64,000 nucleotides of DNA from an uncultured Actinomycetes bacterium (GCA_963815405.1 CAWFGR010000008.1:384316-448315); one strand, 5' to 3'; shown: positions 19,075 to 29,697, counted from the stretch's first letter. A program made the numbers and translations. The notes: generated from the letters alone by a model not told the origin.

Positions 19075-20707
19075 CCGCGCACGGGCGGCGCATCCGCGGC
19101 GCCTGGCAGCCCTGTGCGCGGGGTTCGCGTTTGCGGAGGCGGCGCTCGTGTGGGCGTTCGCGCCTCGCGACGCGCGCGGCCTCGCGCCGCAGATCTCCTC
19201 GCTGCCTCCGCTCGACGTCTTTCACGACCTGCGGTGGGTGCTCGTCTACCACCGCAGCTGGATCGGCCTCGCGCTGGAGCTGATGGTCGTCGTCGCGCTG
19301 CGCAGCGTGTTTTCGGCGGCCGCCATCGCGTGTGCGTGGCCCGCGAACACGCCCCGCGATCCTTGGTCGGCTCTCGTGCGCCGTTGCGTGCTGTTCACGA
19401 TCGGCGCGGGATTCGTGTTGCTGCCGTGGGCGGGGCTCATGTTCGCCTTGGCGGTGGTGTCGCTCTCGTGGCTCTTCCTGGTCGCGCTGCCGGTCGTCAT
19501 CCTGCTGGCGGTGTTCCTGCACGGCGGCGCGATCACGCGCGGGTGGTGGGTCACCATGCTGCCGCGCCGGAGCGCCCTGTTCGTTCTGCTCGCGTTCGGC
19601 GTGTGCACCGCGTTCGGCGCGCTGATCTCGTGGATGCCTGCGGCGCTCGGCGTCCCGTTGTCGGTCGGGGCCGGCCTGGTGAACGCGTGGCTCTGGACCC
19701 GCGCCGTCGACACGGTAGTGACGCGCGCCGCCGGCGCCCGTCGTGTACCGGTCGCCCCCATCGGTCTGGTTGCGGTGGTGCTCGTCCTGGTCGTCTCGCT
19801 GGTCGGTGCCTTCCAGGTCGCGCAGACGCGGCGCGGGAATCCCTACACGCCCGGGCCGGCGTCACCACCGGACTGGCATCCCGACCGACGCGCCGCCGAA
19901 GCCCCCCTCGTCGTGGTCACGGGGTTCAACACCCGCTGGAACGGACACCCCTCCGACTTCGTCCACCTCGACTACGCGCAATGGAGGTTCTCGTACCGGG
20001 GCATGGACGCCCGCGGGCGTCCCGTCGCCTACCGGCGCGAGGACACCCACCGATCGATCCGCGACCTCGCCCTCGAGCTCGGGCGCCAGGTCGACACGTA
20101 CGCGGCGCGCGCCGGTCGCAAGGTCACGATCGTCGCCGAGAGCGAAGGTTCGTTGATCGCGAAGGCGTATCTCGCCGGCACGCCATCCGCACCGGTGCGC
20201 GCGCTGGTGCTCTTGAGCCCGCTCCTCGACCCGGGTGGCGTCTACTACCCGCCTGAAGGTCAGGAGGGCTGGGGCGTGCTGGGAGCCGCGCAGATGGGCG
20301 TGTTGTCGTGGGCCTTGGGCGGCGTGTCGCCGGTACAGGTGGCACCGGACACGCCGTTCCTCCGCTCGCTCGTCGACGCGGCGCCGCTGCTCGCGGCAAC
20401 GGCGACCTGCCATCTACGCGGCCTGCGCGAAGCGGCGCTCGTCCCGCTCGACACCGCGCTGGGAAGTCCTGCATCGGCTCGGGCGCGCATTCCGTACCAC
20501 GTGGTGCTCGGTCTTCACGGAGGCATGCTCGACGACCCGGAGACCGCGCGGCTCGTTGCTGCGGTGACACACGATCGACGGCTTCCCGGGCCCGGTGCCT
20601 GGTCGATCGTCGAGCGGGTCGTCCAGCACGCGGCCGCGGTCTGGCGTGCTCCACCGCTGGCGCGCAGCGTCAACCGCGCGTGGGATCACCAGCCGCGTTC
20701 GTCGTAA
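19049..20707 (+). CDS. Polytopic membrane protein with C-terminal serine-hydrolase-like domain
   Basis: Intact 552-aa ORF with about 6 N-terminal TM helices and a C-terminal domain with the AESEGS nucleophile elbow. The start is uncertain. Confidence 0.65.
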   Translation: MASPTSTRSRARAAHPRRLAALCAGFAFAEAALVWAFAPRDARGLAPQISSLPPLDVFHDLRWVLVYHRSWIGLALELMVVVALRSVFSAAAIACAWPANTPRDPWSALVRRCVLFTIGAGFVLLPWAGLMFALAVVSLSWLFLVALPVVILLAVFLHGGAITRGWWVTMLPRRSALFVLLAFGVCTAFGALISWMPAALGVPLSVGAGLVNAWLWTRAVDTVVTRAAGARRVPVAPIGLVAVVLVLVVSLVGAFQVAQTRRGNPYTPGPASPPDWHPDRRAAEAPLVVVTGFNTRWNGHPSDFVHLDYAQWRFSYRGMDARGRPVAYRREDTHRSIRDLALELGRQVDTYAARAGRKVTIVAESEGSLIAKAYLAGTPSAPVRALVLLSPLLDPGGVYYPPEGQEGWGVLGAAQMGVLSWALGGVSPVQVAPDTPFLRSLVDAAPLLAATATCHLRGLREAALVPLDTALGSPASARARIPYHVVLGLHGGMLDDPETARLVAAVTHDRRLPGPGAWSIVERVVQHAAAVWRAPPLARSVNRAWDHQPRSS

Positions 20708-20765
20708 TTGCGCCGGTCTGCGTCGCGCGACCCAAACCTGGCTCTACGGCTGAGCACCCGGCGGG

Positions 20766-21344
20766 TCAGTCGGCCTTGCCTTTGCCCTTCGCCTTCTGCT
20801 CCTGCTTCCACGCGCGGACCCGCGCGAGCGACTCGGGCGAGTCGATGTCGGCGACCGAACGCGGCGTCGAGTCGGAGAAGGGACGGGCGTACTCCTCCCA
20901 GCCGGGCGGTGCGACCTTGAGGCGCTTGCCGAGGATCGCGAGGAAGATCCTGGCCTTCTCGTCGCCGTAGCCGGGGAGTGCGCGGATGCGTGCGAAGAGC
21001 ACCGCGGGGTCGTGTTCGTCGCGCCAGATCGCGCCGGCGTCGCCGCCGTACTCGTCGACGATGTGCGCGCAGAGCGTGTGCGTCCGCTTCGCCATGGATC
21101 CCGGGTAGCGATGGAGCGCGGGCTTCGCACGGAACACCGCCTCGAGATCGCCGGGATCCATCGACGCGATCCCGCTCGCGTCGAGCGCGCCGAGACGGTC
21201 GCGCAACGTCGACGGGCCACGGAACGCCCATTCCATCGGCACCTGTTGGTCGAGCAACATGCCGATGAGCAACGCCAACGGGTCACGCGCCAGGAGACCG
21301 TCGGCGTCCGCGTCGCCGGTGATCGGGATCGAAACGGTTGGCAT
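20766..21344 (-). CDS. HhH-GPD-type base excision DNA repair family protein
   Basis: ATG 21344 within track ORF 20766..21536. It has an LPGYGDEKARIFLAILGK helix-hairpin-helix and a Lys-rich tail. Confidence 0.8.
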   Translation of the reverse strand: MPTVSIPITGDADADGLLARDPLALLIGMLLDQQVPMEWAFRGPSTLRDRLGALDASGIASMDPGDLEAVFRAKPALHRYPGSMAKRTHTLCAHIVDEYGGDAGAIWRDEHDPAVLFARIRALPGYGDEKARIFLAILGKRLKVAPPGWEEYARPFSDSTPRSVADIDSPESLARVRAWKQEQKAKGKGKAD

Positions 21345-21421
21345 CGCGGCCAGGCTAGCGACGACGCCTCGATCGTGGAGCCTGCTGTCTGGCGGTGCGA
21401 CGACGTCGATAGGGTGAATGC

Positions 21422-22609
21422 GTGGCGAACGGTCCGCCGTGGGACGGCGACGAGACCGCCGCATTCCCGGTCGGGCCCGAGCCCGAGCCGACGGGGGGGC
21501 GCGGTGGCCCTGGTGGGTGGGGTGAGCAACCGCCACGCGACCCGTTCGCGGTCGCGGCGTTGGCGTGGGCCTTCGTCCCGCTCCTCGGCGCGCTGGTCGC
21601 GCTGATCCTCGCGAACAGGGCCGCGGACCAGATCCGGCGCGCTCGAGGAGCGCGTCGCGGTCAGGAGCTCGTGAGCGCGGCGCGCGTGGGCGCGGGTGTC
21701 AACCTCGCGGTGTGCGCGCTGGCGCTCATCGTCTTCGTCGCGCTCCAGGGCGGTCGGAGCAAGGACCGCAGCACCGCGCCCCCGACGCAACCGGGGGTGA
21801 CGACCACGCTGACCACGTCGACCACGGGTGCCACGACCACGACGCGCTTCCAGGCCCCGTCGACGACGGCGTCTCCGATCGCAACACAAGCCCCGTCGAC
21901 GCCCCCCACGGTCGTCGTCGTCCCGCCCACGACGCCAGCACCGACCACCGCCGCGCCCACCACCGCGACCACGACGTCACCGACCACGACCCGCCCACAC
22001 GGGACGACGACGACCATCCCCGCCACGCAGGTGGCGAAGAGTCTCGAGGGGCGGCTGCTCGGGAACCGCCGGCTCGGGCCGAGCAACCGCGGCGTGAGCG
22101 ACACGGCACGCTTCGACGTCGTGTTCGTGCCGGGTGGCGAGCTGGTGGTCACCTGGTCGATCAACCGCGGCTCGGGACCGGCACCGAGTGGTGCGGCCCT
22201 GTGTGTGGCGACCACCACGTCGACGTCGTCGAGCACCACCACGTCGTCGCCCACCGGTTCGACGACGACGTCCAGTACGACGACGTCGAGCACTACGACG
22301 ACGTCGAGCACCCTCACCAGCTCGACGCTCGTGACCACCACGGTGTCGCCCCGCAAGCCGTCGACGCACGACCTGGCCCGAACCGAGGCTCGGCAGATCC
22401 TGACCGTGCTCAGGCCGCGGGTCGCCAAGCTCGACGTGACGAGTGTGCGCCTGGTGGGTACGTACGCGATGACGCCCCCGACCGAGAGCACGGTTGTCCA
22501 AGTGGTGTACTCGCGAGCAACGGCGCTCCACCCGACGTTCGATGCGGCCAAGGCTTTCACCGTCCCCCCGGCCGACAACCTGGTGTGCATCAGCCCCCAG
22601 TTCGCATGA
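21422..22609 (+). CDS. DUF4190-like membrane protein with Thr/Ser/Pro-rich low-complexity linkers
   Basis: GTG 21422. Two TM helices lie near the N-terminus, followed by long T/S/P tracts at aa ~120-195 and ~255-300. Confidence 0.65.
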   Translation: MANGPPWDGDETAAFPVGPEPEPTGGRGGPGGWGEQPPRDPFAVAALAWAFVPLLGALVALILANRAADQIRRARGARRGQELVSAARVGAGVNLAVCALALIVFVALQGGRSKDRSTAPPTQPGVTTTLTTSTTGATTTTRFQAPSTTASPIATQAPSTPPTVVVVPPTTPAPTTAAPTTATTTSPTTTRPHGTTTTIPATQVAKSLEGRLLGNRRLGPSNRGVSDTARFDVVFVPGGELVVTWSINRGSGPAPSGAALCVATTTSTSSSTTTSSPTGSTTTSSTTTSSTTTTSSTLTSSTLVTTTVSPRKPSTHDLARTEARQILTVLRPRVAKLDVTSVRLVGTYAMTPPTESTVVQVVYSRATALHPTFDAAKAFTVPPADNLVCISPQFA

Positions 22610-22677
22610 GCACCGCGACGTAACGATCAGGCGTGCCGACGGACCAGAATGGCACGACGACGACAAGTGAGGGATCG

Positions 22678-23148
22678 ATGGCCATCGCGACGTTTGCAGC
22701 CGGTTGTTTCTGGGGAGTCGAGGACACGTTCCGTCACGTTCCCGGCGTGACCGCGACCCGGGTCGGCTACCTCGGTGGCCATGTCGACCACCCGACCTAC
22801 GAGGCGGTGTGCTCGCACGCGACCGGGCACGCCGAGGCGGTCGAGGTCACCTACGACGAGTCGGTCGTCTCCTTCGAGGCGTTGCTGGACGTGTTCTGGA
22901 ACGCGCACGACCCGACCCAGCTGAACCGCCAGGGCCCCGACATCGGCGACAACTACCGGTCGGCGATCTTCGTGCACGACGCCGAGCAGGAGCGGCTCGC
23001 GAAGGAGTCGAAGGCCCGCCTCGACGAGAGCGGTCGCTACCCGCGGCCGATCGCCACGGAGATCGTCACCGCGCCCACGTTCTGGGAGGCCGAGGGCTAT
23101 CACCAGCAGTACTTCGAGAAGCGTGGCATCTCAGGGTGCCATCTCTGA
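22678..23148 (+). CDS. msrA: Peptide-methionine (S)-S-oxide reductase
   Basis: GCFWGVE active site, YRSAIF and GYHQQY motifs. ATG 22678 (22633 is an alternative). Confidence 0.9.
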   Translation: MAIATFAAGCFWGVEDTFRHVPGVTATRVGYLGGHVDHPTYEAVCSHATGHAEAVEVTYDESVVSFEALLDVFWNAHDPTQLNRQGPDIGDNYRSAIFVHDAEQERLAKESKARLDESGRYPRPIATEIVTAPTFWEAEGYHQQYFEKRGISGCHL

Positions 23149-23161
23149 ACCCGCGGTCTGG

Positions 23162-24361
23162 TTACAGGCGCTCCACGATCATAGCCATGCCCTGGCCACC
23201 GCCGACGCACATGGTCTCGAGGCCGTAGCGCCCGCCTCGGTCCTGGAGGCCGTGCAGCAGCGTGGTCATGATGCGCGCGCCGGTCATCCCGAAAGGGTGG
23301 CCGAGCGCGATCGATCCGCCGTTCACGTTGAGCTTCGCGAGCGGGATGTCGAGGTGCTTCGCCGACGGGATCACCTGTGCGGCGAACGCCTCGTTGATCT
23401 CCACCAGGTCGATGTCGCCGATGGTCATCCCGGCGCGCCCGAGCGCCTTGCGACTGGCGTCGATCGGTCCGAGGCCCATGATCTCGGGGTTGAGCGCCGA
23501 GACGCCACTCGCCACGACGCGGGCCATCGGCTCGATGCCCAGCTGTGATGCACGCCGCTCGCTCATGACGACGACCGCCGCCGCGCCGTCGTTGAGCGGA
23601 CAGGCATTGCCCGCGGTGATGGTGCCGTCGGGACGGAACACCGGCTTCAGCTCGGCGAGCTTCTCGGCGGTCGTGCCGGGACGCGGCCCGTCGTCCTTCT
23701 CGACGACGGTGCCGTCGGCCTTTGCGTAGGGCGTGATCTCGGCGGCGAAGAAGCCGTTCTCCCGGTTCGCCACCGCGAGGTTCTGCGAACGCGCGGCGAA
23801 CTCGTCCATCTCCTCACGGGTGACGTGCTCGTGCTCCACGACGTTCTCCGCCGTCTCGCCCATCGCGATGTAGATGTCGGGCAGTCCGACGGGCGGCGCC
23901 CACGCGCCGCCACCACCGAGGGTCCGCTCCGCGGTCCGTGCCTGCGCCTCCGCGAAGCGCGGGTTCTGGGTTGCCCCGTCGTCGGCGAAGCCGCTGCCGA
24001 ACCGGGAGACCGCCTCGACGCCGCCCGCGAGGAACACGTCGCCCTCACCGGCTTGGATCGCGTGCGCGGCTTGGCGGATCGTCTGCAGCGACGACGAGCA
24101 GTACCGGTTCACGGTCACGCCGGGCACGTCGACCCCGGCGAGGATGGCTGCGACGCGAGCGAGGTTGTTGCCGGACTCCCCGAAGGGCTGACCGCAGCCC
24201 CAGACGACGTCTTCGACCTCGGCCGGGTCGAGCGCCGGGACCTTCGCGAGCACGGCCTGGATGATCGCGGCGGAGAGATCATCGGGACGCACGTCGGCGA
24301 GCGAGCCCTTGAAGGCGCGGCCGATCGGGCTGCGCGCGGTGGCGACGATGAACGCGTCCAT
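23162..24361 (-). CDS. Acetyl-CoA C-acetyltransferase (thiolase II)
   Basis: This is the last 400 aa of track ORF 23162..26098, from ATG 24361 after GGAGGAATC. Motifs: NRYCSSSLQ, NEAFAAQ, GHPFGMTGAR, CVGGGQG. Confidence 0.9.
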   Translation of the reverse strand: MDAFIVATARSPIGRAFKGSLADVRPDDLSAAIIQAVLAKVPALDPAEVEDVVWGCGQPFGESGNNLARVAAILAGVDVPGVTVNRYCSSSLQTIRQAAHAIQAGEGDVFLAGGVEAVSRFGSGFADDGATQNPRFAEAQARTAERTLGGGGAWAPPVGLPDIYIAMGETAENVVEHEHVTREEMDEFAARSQNLAVANRENGFFAAEITPYAKADGTVVEKDDGPRPGTTAEKLAELKPVFRPDGTITAGNACPLNDGAAAVVVMSERRASQLGIEPMARVVASGVSALNPEIMGLGPIDASRKALGRAGMTIGDIDLVEINEAFAAQVIPSAKHLDIPLAKLNVNGGSIALGHPFGMTGARIMTTLLHGLQDRGGRYGLETMCVGGGQGMAMIVERL

Positions 24362-24442
24362 GATTCCTCCTCTACGGCGTCCTGCCGTTGTAGTCGAGGA
24401 CGGCGCAGCCCCGGGAACCGGCTGGTCATACGATGCTCCGTC

Positions 24443-25981
24443 ATGCCCGAGCCCGATCCCGGCCCGACCGACGAGAGCGCCGACCTCCCCGCGGAACGGA
24501 AACGGCGGATCGCCGACGTCGAGGCGCTCCGCGCTGCGGGCATCGACCCCTACCCGGTGCGCTTCGACCGTGACCGGACCCTCGGCGAGCTCCGCGACGA
24601 GTTCGGCGGTCTGGACGCCGGCACGGAGACGGACGTCGCGGTGCGGGTCGCGGGCAGGGTGCGCCTGCTGCGTCGCCAGGGCAAGTTGAGCTTCGCGACC
24701 ATCCAGGACCAGAGCGGGTCGGTCCAGCTGTTCGTCTCCCGCGGCGAGGTGGGGGAGGACGCGCACGACGCGTTCGATCGCCTCGACCTCGGTGACTGGG
24801 TCGGCGTCGACGGCACGGTCATGGCGACGCGCAAGGGCGAGCTCTCGGTGAAGGTCCGCTCCTTCGTGCTGCTCGCGAAAGCGCTCCGGCCGTTGCCCGA
24901 CAAGTGGCACGGTCTCACCGACGTCGACCTGCGGTTCCGTCAGCGCTACGTCGACCTCATCGTGAACGACGAGGCGCGCCGGATCCTCGCAGTGCGGTCG
25001 GCGGCCGTCGCGTCGCTGCGGAGCACCCTGCACGAGCGCGGCTTCGTCGAGGTCGAGACGCCGGTGCTGAGCAGCGAGGTGGGTGGTGCGACGGCCCGGC
25101 CGTTCGCGACCCATCACAACGCGCTGAGCACCGACCTCTTCCTGCGGATTGCGCTGGAGCTGCACCTGAAGCGGCTCGTCGTCGGCGGCATCGAGCGGGT
25201 CTTCGAGATCGGTCGCGTCTTCCGCAACGAGGGGATCGACACCAGCCACAACCCCGAGTTCACGATGCTCGAGGCGTACCAGGCGTTCGCCGACTACCAC
25301 GACATGATGGAGCTCACGGAGGCACTCGTGGTCGACGCGGCCCACGCCGCGCTCGGTGACGAGCTCGTCGTCGAGCTGGGTGGCACCACGATCGACCTCA
25401 GCCCGCCGTGGCGGCGCGCCACGATGGTGGAGTTGATCCGTGAGCACGCGCGCGTCGAGCTGTCGCCGGCGACGGAGGTCGCCGCGGCGCGCAACGTGCT
25501 CGACGGGCTCGGTCTCGAGTACGAGGACCGATGGGGCGCGGGTCGGCTGACGCAAGAGGTCTACGACCGCCTCGTGGAGGATCGGATCGTGCAGCCGACC
25601 TTCGTACTCGACCATCCCCGTGAGGTGTCGCCGCTGGCGCGCACCCACCGTGACGATCCCACGCTCGTGGAGCGCTTCGAGCTCGTGGTCGACGGCCGCG
25701 AAGTGGCCAACGCCTACAGCGAGCTCAACGACCCGGTCGACCAGCGCGAGCGATTCGAGGGCGAAGCGCGTCCGCGCGCCGCGGGCGACCTCGAGGCCGG
25801 CACCATCGACGAGGACTTCCTCCGCGCGCTCGAGCACGGGATGCCGCCCACGGGTGGTCTCGGCGTCGGGATCGATCGGCTGACCATGATCCTCGCCGGC
25901 GTCACGAGCATCCGCGAGGTCATCCTCTTCCCGACCTTGCGCCCGGAAGTTCCGACCCCGCGGCCGGACATGAGCACATGA
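24443..25981 (+). CDS. lysS: Lysine--tRNA ligase (class II)
   Basis: ATG 24443 lies in the frame of track ORF 23825..25981. It has an OB-fold N-domain and motifs FRNEGID, ELNDP, GLGVGIDRL. Confidence 0.95.
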   Translation: MPEPDPGPTDESADLPAERKRRIADVEALRAAGIDPYPVRFDRDRTLGELRDEFGGLDAGTETDVAVRVAGRVRLLRRQGKLSFATIQDQSGSVQLFVSRGEVGEDAHDAFDRLDLGDWVGVDGTVMATRKGELSVKVRSFVLLAKALRPLPDKWHGLTDVDLRFRQRYVDLIVNDEARRILAVRSAAVASLRSTLHERGFVEVETPVLSSEVGGATARPFATHHNALSTDLFLRIALELHLKRLVVGGIERVFEIGRVFRNEGIDTSHNPEFTMLEAYQAFADYHDMMELTEALVVDAAHAALGDELVVELGGTTIDLSPPWRRATMVELIREHARVELSPATEVAAARNVLDGLGLEYEDRWGAGRLTQEVYDRLVEDRIVQPTFVLDHPREVSPLARTHRDDPTLVERFELVVDGREVANAYSELNDPVDQRERFEGEARPRAAGDLEAGTIDEDFLRALEHGMPPTGGLGVGIDRLTMILAGVTSIREVILFPTLRPEVPTPRPDMST

Positions 25982-26394
25982 ACGGGCCGCGTCCGGCCGA
26001 GGTCGCTCGCGAGTTCGTCGGGCACTTCGAGGCCCGACGTGAGGGACGGCTCGCGGTCGCGCGCTGCGCGGCGTGCCGCACGCTCGCGTGGCCGCCACGC
26101 GAGCTCTGCACGGTCTGCCAGTCCGCCGAGCTCACCTGGGAGCCGGCACCGAGTCGAGGTGTCGTCCACACGTTCTCGATCGCGCGCCGCGCCTTCCATC
26201 CCACGGTGACCGACGACGTGCCGTACGGCATCGTGGTGGTCGACGTCGGCGACGGGGTGCGCTTCCTCGGCATCTACGACGGCGACCTCGACGAGCTCAC
26301 GTGCGGGCTCCCCGTGGAAGCGGTGCTCGAGCCGACCAACGAGCTCGTGCCGTCACTGCGGTGGCGCGCGGTCGGGGGTGGCGCCGATGCCTGA
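25978..26394 (+). CDS. Zn-ribbon/OB-fold protein (DUF35 family)
   Basis: The ATG overlaps the lysS stop (ATGA). It has a CAACRTLAWPPRELCTVC zinc ribbon followed by an OB-fold segment. Confidence 0.8.
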   Translation: MNGPRPAEVAREFVGHFEARREGRLAVARCAACRTLAWPPRELCTVCQSAELTWEPAPSRGVVHTFSIARRAFHPTVTDDVPYGIVVVDVGDGVRFLGIYDGDLDELTCGLPVEAVLEPTNELVPSLRWRAVGGGADA

Positions 26395-27559
26395 GGCGCG
26401 GGTCACGCCCGGTGTTGCCATCGCCGGGGTGGGGGAATCGGAGTACTCGCGTGGCACCGACGCGACGCTGCTCCAGCTGGTGATCGACGCGTCCCTCGCG
26501 GCGTGCGCCGACGCGGGCATTGAGCCGGCGTCGCTCGACGGGCTCGTGCTCGCGACGACGCGGCTGTTGCCCGAGGACGTGGCGGTGCCGCTCGGGATGC
26601 GGGACCTGCGCTACCACACGCTCGTGCGCATGGGTGGTGCGAGCTCGACGGCCGCGGTCGTCGACGCGGCGGGTGCGGTGACCGCGGGTCAGGCGTCGCG
26701 TGTGCTGGTCGTCGCCGGCGGCTTGCAGGTGAGCGGTGCGCTGCGGCTCGGCAAGGGCCAGGGAACGGCCGAGGTCACGTGGCCGGGCCAGCACCTCCGT
26801 ACCCACCTCGACTACCCGCACGGCCTCTTCGTGCCCATGCAGTGGTATGCGCTGCACGCGCACCGCTGGTACCACGAGACGGGCGCGAACCCGCTCGGCA
26901 TGGAGACCGTCGCGCTGTCGACACGTCGGCACGCGCATCGCAACGCGAAGGCACGCTTCCGTGATCGTGAGCTCACGTCGGAGCAGTACCGTGCCGCGCC
27001 GGAGATCGTGTCGCCGTTCCGGCTGTTCGACATCTGCATCGAGAGCGACGGCGCCGCCGCCGTCGTCGTCGAGGCCGCGCGCGGGACCCGTGCCGACAGG
27101 CGCCCCGAGGTCCTCCTCGTGGGGGGAGGCGAAGGTCATCCCGACAGCCCCGACGACCTGCCGACGCGGACCGACATCCTCGACCTCGGGATCGGCAAGG
27201 TCGCGCCACGAGTGTTCGGCGCGCTCGGCGTGACTCCACCGTCGTTCGACTTCGCCGAGATCTACGACTGCTTCACGTTCACCGTCCTGCGCCAGCTGGA
27301 GGACATGGGCTTCTGCGCGCGAGGTGAGGGCCCCGAGTTCGTCGGCGGCGGCCGCATCGCGCCAGGGGGTAAGTTCCCCGTGAACACGCACGGCGGCCTG
27401 CTCTCGCAGGCGCACGTCTCGGGCATGAACCACATGGTCGAAGCAGTACGTCAGCTGCGCGGCGAAGCCGGCGCGGCGCAGGTCCCCGACACGCGCCTCG
27501 GGCTCGTGACGGGCTACGGCGACTTCGGCGACGGATCGTTGGCGGTGCTCGCGCGCTGA
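26387..27559 (+). CDS. Thiolase-fold protein (SCP-x / lipid-transfer type)
   Basis: The ATG overlaps the upstream stop. The N-terminal GVAIAGVGESEYSR and C-terminal NTHGGLLSQAHVSGMNH are typical of the non-classical thiolases that pair with DUF35 proteins. Confidence 0.8.
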   Translation: MPEARVTPGVAIAGVGESEYSRGTDATLLQLVIDASLAACADAGIEPASLDGLVLATTRLLPEDVAVPLGMRDLRYHTLVRMGGASSTAAVVDAAGAVTAGQASRVLVVAGGLQVSGALRLGKGQGTAEVTWPGQHLRTHLDYPHGLFVPMQWYALHAHRWYHETGANPLGMETVALSTRRHAHRNAKARFRDRELTSEQYRAAPEIVSPFRLFDICIESDGAAAVVVEAARGTRADRRPEVLLVGGGEGHPDSPDDLPTRTDILDLGIGKVAPRVFGALGVTPPSFDFAEIYDCFTFTVLRQLEDMGFCARGEGPEFVGGGRIAPGGKFPVNTHGGLLSQAHVSGMNHMVEAVRQLRGEAGAAQVPDTRLGLVTGYGDFGDGSLAVLAR

Positions 27560-27598
27560 CGCGCGCCAAGTTCCGGGCGGATGATCACCGAGGGCCGG

Positions 27599-28310
27599 TC
27601 ACCACCGGATGGTGGCGCGGACCGGTCGGTGATCCGAACCCACGGGTGCGAGCACGGCCGACGTGGTCGCGCGCATGGTCGGGCGCACGAGGATGTGGTC
27701 GATCTGGCTGTGCGGCGCGCGCGCCGGCCAGGTGCGGCCGCGCACCGTGCGGCGCCATCCGGGGAGCAACGCGCGCACCGTCGGCCCCCAGAAGTTGAAG
27801 TCACCCGCCACCACCGCCACGCGTTCGGGGACGGGCAGCTTGCCGCGCAGGTCGAGGAGCTGGAAGACGGGACCCCGAGGGACGCGGGAGCTGAGGTGCA
27901 CCGCGACGACGTCGAGTGTGCTTCCACCCGCGTCGACGACCACGTGCAACGCCTGGCGGAACGCGAGCCGCGTCGCGGGGGACCGGACGCAGCGGGACCG
28001 TGGTCGTCGAGGTGATGGGCAGCCGGCTCAGCACCGCAATTCCGATCGCGCCGTTGCCGTCGGCCCGGTACTCGGGCCAGGGCGCCCGTACGCCCCGAGC
28101 GAACGGCACCTCGACCAGCTCGGCGCCGGTATCGGCGGCCACCTTCTGGACCGTGCCGAGCTCACCGTCGGGGGTCCAGGTCTCCTGGACGACCAGGACG
28201 TCGGGCATCAGGTCGCGCAGCACGCGCTCGAGGTCGTAGGGACGCTGGTCTCGCCGGCCGGGGCCCGTCCCGAGGTGGGTGTTGAAGCTGGCGATCGTGA
28301 CCTCGGGCAC
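27599..28310 (-). CDS. Endonuclease/exonuclease/phosphatase (EEP) family protein (apparent frameshift at 27977-27981)
   Basis: Track ORF 27801..28310 (N-terminal, VVQETW) and track ORF 27599..27949 (C-terminal, GSDHRPV) join at a 5-nt G/C run. Confidence 0.75.
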
Positions 28311-28510
28311 GGCGGAACGCTATCCGGGGCTTCCTGGACGGTATGATGACGTTCTGGCGAGCACCTTCTCGGGCTCGCGGGTCAAACCTCACCGCTCATC
28401 GTCTCGTCTGTCGCAGTTGCGATGGTGCACGGAAAGCCTCGAGGCAGACCCACCGCCGGCACCACAGGCGGGCACCTGTTGCACACCGACGACGAAAGCG
28501 AGAGCGTTCC

Positions 28511-29697
28511 GTGACAACCCAAATCTCCGAGGCCCCGTCATTCGCGGGGTTGGGGCTGCCTACCGACCTGGTAGCGGCCCTCGCCGCGAAGGCATCACCG
28601 AGCCCTTCGCGATCCAGTCCCTCACCATCGAAGACGGCCTCGCCGGCCGCGATCTGTGCGGCAAGGCGAAGACCGGCTCGGGCAAGACGCTCGCGTTCGG
28701 GCTCCCGATGCTGGCGCGTGTGAGCAAGGCCGAATCCCGACGCCCTCGCGGGCTCGTGCTCGTCCCGACGCGTGAGCTCGCGAACCAAGTGACCGAGGTG
28801 TTGCGCCCGCTCGGTGCGGTTCGGTCCCGGCGCGTGCGCGCGGTGTACGGCGGTGTCGGCATGGAGCCGCAGATCACCGCGCTGCGCAAGGGCCTCGACG
28901 TCGTGGTCGGGACGCCCGGGCGCCTCATCGACCTGATGGAGCGAGGCGAGCTCGACGTCGCCGACGTCGAGGTGCTCGTGCTCGACGAGGCCGACCGCAT
29001 GGCCGACATGGGTTTCATGCCGCAGGTGCAGAAGATCCTGTTCAAGATCCAGGGCGAGCATCAGACGATGCTCTTCTCGGCGACGCTCGACGGCGCGGTG
29101 AAGCGCCTCGTCGACCGGTACATGCACGACCCCATCTACCACGAGATCGCGGGCGACGAGCCGACGGTCGACCAGATGCAGCACCGGTTCCTGCTCGTGC
29201 ACCAGATGGACAAGGTGAAGGTCGCGGCGGCGATCGCACGGGGCACCGAGCGCGTGCTGATGTTCGTGCGGACCAAGCGCGGGGCCGATCGCCTCGTCAC
29301 GCAGCTCGCACGCGAGGGCATTCGCGCCGGCGCCATCCACGGTGACCTCGGCCAGAGCGCGCGGGAACGCTCACTGGCCGACTTCTCATCGGGGAAGCGC
29401 AACGTGCTCGTGGCGACCGACGTCGCCGCACGGGGCATCCACGTCGACGCGGTGGAAGCGGTCGTGCACTACGACCCGCCGGAGGACGAGAAGGCCTACC
29501 TGCATCGCTCTGGTCGCACCGCGTGCGCGGCAACAGTCGGCGTCGCGGTGACGCTGATGCTGTGGAACCAGGAGAACGAGGTGCGGGTGATCCAGAAGCG
29601 GCTGGGGCTGAAGGTTCCGGTCGTGGAGGTGTTCTCCAACGACCGTCGCCTCGCCGCACTGGCGGACTGGGATGGTGTCACGGAGGACGTGGCGTGA
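28511..29697 (+). CDS. DEAD-box ATP-dependent RNA helicase (apparent frameshift at ~28591)
   Basis: GTG 28511. The Q-motif region lies in track ORF 28343.., then the frame changes where GG should be GGG (KGITEPF). Motifs: [25 protein letters not shown]. Confidence 0.9.

Noticed and set aside
23162-26098. 978-aa ORF on the minus strand, as if it were one giant protein
   Set aside because: Only the last 400 aa (from ATG 24361) are a thiolase. The upstream 578 aa are antisense to lysS, are Arg/Asp/His/Val-rich with no motifs, and stay open only because of the GC-rich codon bias.
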